64,000 nucleotides of DNA from the human T2T-CHM13v2.0 reference genome, Homo sapiens, in NCBI RefSeq assembly GCF_009914755.1, contig NC_060927.1; one strand, given 5' to 3'. The translations under genes and the position numbers were made by a program. The notes under the pieces are model-generated. The model made no database searches. It was not told where the DNA came from and saw nothing but the letters and a program-made list of their open reading frames with translations. This document shows, piece by piece, positions 55,813 to 64,000 of the stretch; the stretch's first letter is position 1; each line of letters starts with the position of its first letter.

Positions 55813-56137
55813 ACCTCTGAGGCACCCATGGTGCCCTGCACATAGAAGAGGCTCCCTAAGTAAATCCAGCATACAGGGGACAAAGGTGTCAGGCCCCAGG
55901 AGGCTGGTTCCATGTGGTCTTGGGAAGGGAGGAGCCTATTCATGAAAATGTTCTAGCTCTGCCCTATGTCCCTGTGGCCCTCACTGTGTCCCCACCCAAC
56001 CAAATGAATTGAATCAAGAGGATAACAAGGTGGCCCTCCTGGACTCAGGGTCTCAGGCTGAAGGTGGAAGGGGAAGGAAGGGGATTCTAAGCCCTTCCAG
56101 TGCCCACCCTTGAGAAAGCGTGAAACTGTAACAACAC

Positions 56138-56318
56138 AGAGGCTCCAGAGTTAGAGGCCTGCGTTTGAATCTCAGCTCTCTCAATTTCTACCTTGTGTGA
56201 CCTTGAGACTTAATATCTGTGAAATGGAGATAATTACTCCTAACTTTGGAATTACCATGAGAATTATATGAGATCATAGATGGATAGTTCCTGGGAGATG
56301 TTCAATAAACTTTAGTTT
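56138..56318 (+). mobile_element. MIR SINE
   Basis: GTTTGAATCTCAGCTCT...TGTGTGACCTTGAG...CTGTGAAATGGAGATAAT...TTCAATAAA. Confidence 0.8.
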
Positions 56319-56472
56319 CCTTTCATTTCAAGGATAGCTCCATGAAATCTTTATGTCTCTTTCTCTGTCGTATCTATGATCATATTTGGTTTTACCTCTG
56401 CACAGAGTCAATTGCCCGGCTTCCAAAGCAAATATCCTCTTTTCATCTGTGTCGAGCCCTATTCTACCCAAA

Positions 56473-56516
56473 TCTCTCTCTCTCTCTTTCTGTCTCTCTT
56501 TCTCTCTCTCTCTCTC
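56473..56516. repeat. (TC)n microsatellite, interrupted
   Basis: Read directly. Confidence 0.95.
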
Positions 56517-57286
56517 ACAGCCTTTTAAAAGAAAATGTATTAATACTTCTCACTCCTAGCCAAACACACTCAAGCAGGAATGAAGTTTCCAGCAACTGAT
56601 GAAAACTGCAAACCAAACCCCAGCGTTCCCTTCCTTGTCCCTTCCTTCCGTCGTGTACCTAGATGTCTAATTGAATTCAGAGGCTGTCTGCCCAACATTC
56701 GGATTGCAAAGGAATGAGTCAGGCTCTAGGAGGCTGCTTCTCTGCAGATCTCCCATGTGCTGTCCTAGACATGTCCCTGTGGAAGACTGCCAGAGTCGCA
56801 GATAACACCTTCTAGGTGGAAGATGGGTTCAGTTATTTGAACCTCTTGGGTTGCAGTCTATATGCATAATGCAAAAGTCAGTGGACTATTCCCTAAATCC
56901 TATTTCAGGGATTAGTCAGCTACAGTCATTCAAACTAACACACAGACAGCTCTGCTTGACTCAGCCCACAAACATCCATCCATCACTCACTCAACAAACA
57001 CATAGTGGAGCCACTGCAATTGTCAGACAATAGACAAACAAGCCCTGTCAGCTCCATCCTGTCTCCTTTCCATCCTTATGGCCATGCCCAAGCCCAGAAC
57101 ATCATCATCTCTTATTGGTCCAGGACAACAGCCACCAAATAGATTACCACCTTGAACAGCTTGTTAGGCCCCATACAGTCTCATGGTGCCTCATGTTCAA
57201 GCCTCATCTCCAGAGCCTCTGGTCATATATCCGACATTTCAGTGAAGCCAAGCTTCTTGTAGCTCCCACATATTAGTTTTGTGGAA

Positions 57287-57690
57287 TGTATTAGTTATCT
57301 AATGCTGCATAACAAATGACTCCAAAACTTATGGGCCTAACACAACAATTTATAATCCCTCACTGTTTACATGACAGGGATCAGCTGGGAAGTTCTCACT
57401 TGGGCTTTCTCATGCAGTTGCAGTCAGATGGTAGATGGAGCTGAAGTCATCTGAAGGCTCAACTGGACCATATGTCCAGGATGGCTTATTCACTCACATG
57501 TTCAGAGATTCAGCCAAGATAACCAGAACAGATAACCCGATAGGATAGCCAGCTAAGATAACCAGAAACAGAGCTAATCATCTCTCCATATGGCTAGCTT
57601 AGGTTTCTTCACAGCATACAGTCTTAGAATAGTTGGAGTTCTTATACAGTAGCTGGCTTCCCCCAGTATGTGCATTTCAAGAACTATATA
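57287..57690 (-). mobile_element. MaLR MLT1 LTR
   Basis: TGTATTAGTTATCTAATGCTGCATAACAAATGACTCCAAAACTTA...CATGCAGTTGCAGTCAGATGG...GTCATCTGAAGGCTCAACTGG. Confidence 0.85.
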
Positions 57691-58090
57691 TTACTTTTTA
57701 AAGATGTATTCCTTGAACTATTGCATTTCCACTGGATTTCTGAGACTATTACTTGTTCACTTCACAAGGCATTGGCCATGAGTGAAGTGAGGGAATTGCA
57801 CTCACCTAAAACAGAAGAGCCAGTCCATCCACTGGCAAGCAGCAGTTACAAGGTAAACACTAAGGCGCCCGAGAGAGTTGGGGTCATTTAAGAATTGATT
57901 ATGTCTTTATTGCTTGATGAATATGTAGTTCTGAAGTTGGGGCCTTGTATTTTCAGGATTTCTGGAACATATTTGACCTGACATTCTCATCTGACATCAG
58001 AACATCTGAAGTCTTGCTTCTTCATCTGATATCAGAACCAAATCCACTTGCTTTCCATCTCACTCAAAATGGCATAATATTGAAACTCCA

Positions 58091-58923
58091 CCTAAGATAG
58101 AGCTAATGACTAGGGAGCATCTAGTTTATTTGGGAGGTGATAGCATGAGGAGAGTGAGGTAGGGAGGAGGAGAAGCCAATAAGGGCGATGTTAAGAAGTG
58201 AGGTGCCACTGTGTGCAAGTGGGGCTCAATTCCATTGGGACCTCCTAAGTGTCATCAAAAATAACTTCTACAAGATAGAGTGCAGAAGGATGGTTACCAG
58301 AGGCTGGGAAGGTAGTGGGTGGGGTGGGGGCAAGTGGGATGACTAATGGGTACAAAAAATAGAAAGAATGAATAAAAGCTAGTGTTTGATAGCACAATAG
58401 GGTGACTATCATAATTTTATAATAATCAACAATAATTTAATTGTACATTTTAAAATAACTAAAAGTATAATTGGAATGTTTGTAACACAAAGGATAAATG
58501 CTTAATAGATACCCCATTTATCCTGATGTGATTATTACATATTTCATGACCATATCAAAATATCTCCTGTACCCACATAAATATATTCACCTACTGTGTA
58601 CTGACAAAAATTAAAAATAAAAAATCTTTAAATAAAAAATAAACATTTCCTACAACTGTCCATCCAAAGGATGGGAGTCAGGCATTTATCCACCAGCTTG
58701 CCACTAGCTGGGGGTTGCCCCTGAGAGTTTATCCATACACTGAAGCTCAGGGAGAGAGGGAGTCTGGCCTTGGAGAGGATTGGGGCAGAAAGCTAAAGAA
58801 CTTGGCAGTGACTAGATGCTGTCAGGTCAGGTGAACCTGAGTTTGCCCACAATCATTCTCTGTAGGTGTCGCTGAAGAGGTGGCCTGGAAATGTGACGTG
58901 GGTCACTGGAGGCATCTGGTACA
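58091..58923 (-). mobile_element. ERVL solo LTR (LTR16/LTR33-like), split by an L1MA insertion
   Basis: TAGTTTATTTGGGAGGTGA...AAGCCAATAAGGG...GGGGCTCAATTCC on the left. It resumes at ~58655 with GCATTTATCCACCAGC and ends GGCATCTGGTACA. Confidence 0.65.
58274..58642 (+). mobile_element. 5'-truncated L1MA (L1MA1-3-like) 3' end
   Basis: GATGGTTACCAGAGGCTGGGAAGG...GATAGCACAATAGGGTGACTAT...TTTGTAACACAAAGGATAAATGCTT...A-rich tail. Degenerate TSD AAAAATAAC..CTACAA. Confidence 0.9.
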
Positions 58924-59980
58924 GTTTTCTTAACTACTTCTTTCTATCCAGAGGCAAAGTTGTCATCTCAATCCTTGTTCTTATAGCTTACATGAGGCCG
59001 TTTAGCCAGCTCATTGCTAAATGACAAACAGCCAGGATTTTTTTTCTGGAGTCCCCTGATTCACACTCCTTTCATTTCTAAGAGGAATAAGTGTAAAGGT
59101 TTGCCCTTCCTTTACCTTGAGGCCCTGTATGAGAAGGGTTTTTATTTCTGAATGACATTCTTCTCAGAAAAAGGGTCCATGACAAGCAAAGAAGCAAAGG
59201 GAACATCCCCACATATTACAGGGAATGAGACTGAAATTTGTTTGCTCAGGGATGTCATTTTCACACATCCCTGTGAATGGGGGAACCCCAGGTTCCCCTT
59301 CCTCCTTCATGTTTAGGGGAATTTGCTTTGGAACTGCCTTCCCACCTCCCCCAGTCCAATTCCATGGCCAGGGGAAATCTAAAACCCCCTTTCAGCCTCC
59401 TGCCAAGTCTTGGGAGTTTCTGTTCTCCTGGGTCCACTGCCTCATAGGCTCCAGCTTCCTTGAATGTTTTATAACACATCAATACCAATGAGAAACTCAA
59501 GCACATGTTTTGTCCCAACAACAAACAATTGTTCACATGTAGCATATGTAAATTTGGTGAATTTTTCTGAAGGTTGTGAGGGCAGACAGCAAGAGGCAGG
59601 TCTTATCCCACTTAAAACACCTCCCTGGTTCCTTCTTGAATGCCCTGAGAATTCCAAAAACTCCTTTTGTTACCGTAACTCTCCCTCTCAGGAAATCCGT
59701 CTACTGGACACCTTTAGAAAGTTTTTTTGAACAATTTTTTTATTTTTTTATTTTTATTTATTTATTTTTTTAATTATTATACTTTAAGTTTTAGGGTACA
59801 TGTGCACATTGTGCAGGTTAGTTACATATGTATACATGTGCCATGCTGGTGCGCTGCACCCACTAACTCGTCATCTAGCATTAGGTATATCTCCCAATGC
59901 TATCCCTCCCCCCTCCCCCCACCCCACAACAGTCCCCAGAGTGTGATGTTCCCCTTCCTGTGTCCATGTGATCTCATTGT

Positions 59981-63809
<3,829 letters not shown>

Positions 63810-63872
63810 TATGATGTTAGCTGGTTATTTTGCTCGTTAGTTGATGCAGTTTCTTCCTAGTCTCGATGGTCT

Positions 63873-64000
63873 TTACATTTTGGCATGATTTTGCAGCGGC
63901 TGGTACCCGTTGTTCCTTTCCATGTTTAGCGCTTCCTTCAGGAGCTCTTTCAGGGCAGGCCTGGTGGTGACAAAATCTCTCAGCATTTGCTTGTCTGTAA
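63873..64000 (-). CDS. L1 ORF1p C-terminal fragment (partial, 5' part outside the window)
   Basis: The reverse strand reads ...DFVTTRPALKELLKEALNMERNNGYQPLQNHAKM*, with the stop at 63873-63875. Upstream integrity is unknown. Confidence 0.85.
   Translation of the reverse strand, partial: TDKQMLRDFVTTRPALKELLKEALNMERNNGYQPLQNHAKM

Noticed and set aside
58317-58338. G-quadruplex motif GGGTGGGGTGGGGGCAAGTGGG
   Set aside because: It is the standard G-rich tract of an L1 3' UTR (the C-rich mirror at ~59904-59937 is the same feature), so it is explained by the element.

Overview
This window is not microbial. It is 64 kb of primate genomic DNA, probably hominoid and possibly human, judged from an AluY and an L1PA2-like LINE. 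It looks intronic or intergenic. I found no credible host protein-coding exon, RNA gene, CpG island or CRISPR-like array. Much of the sequence is a layered record of transposable elements: about 15 Alu/FLAM copies, many MIR and L2 relics, old L1M fragments, and more than a dozen solo LTRs (MaLR MLT1/MST/THE1, ERVL MLT2/LTR16/LTR33, ERV1 LTR8). It also holds hAT MITEs (Charlie-type, MER5, MER3, MER45A), a full-length Tigger1 with three SINE insertions, and the 3' ~4.3 kb of a young L1 on the minus strand whose ORF2 is broken only by three 1-bp indels. The only ORFs with recognisable homology come from transposons. The most notable items are structural or putatively regulatory: an Alu with an internal inverted duplication, a 5x27-bp minisatellite inside an MST LTR, a 14x28-bp perfect palindromic AT-rich VNTR, a PBX-HOX/MEIS motif cluster, and a ~67-nt hairpin in apparently unique sequence. 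I do not see convincing evidence for a novel biological system. Repeat subfamily names come from remembered consensus sequences, not from a database search, and boundaries of old elements are approximate.
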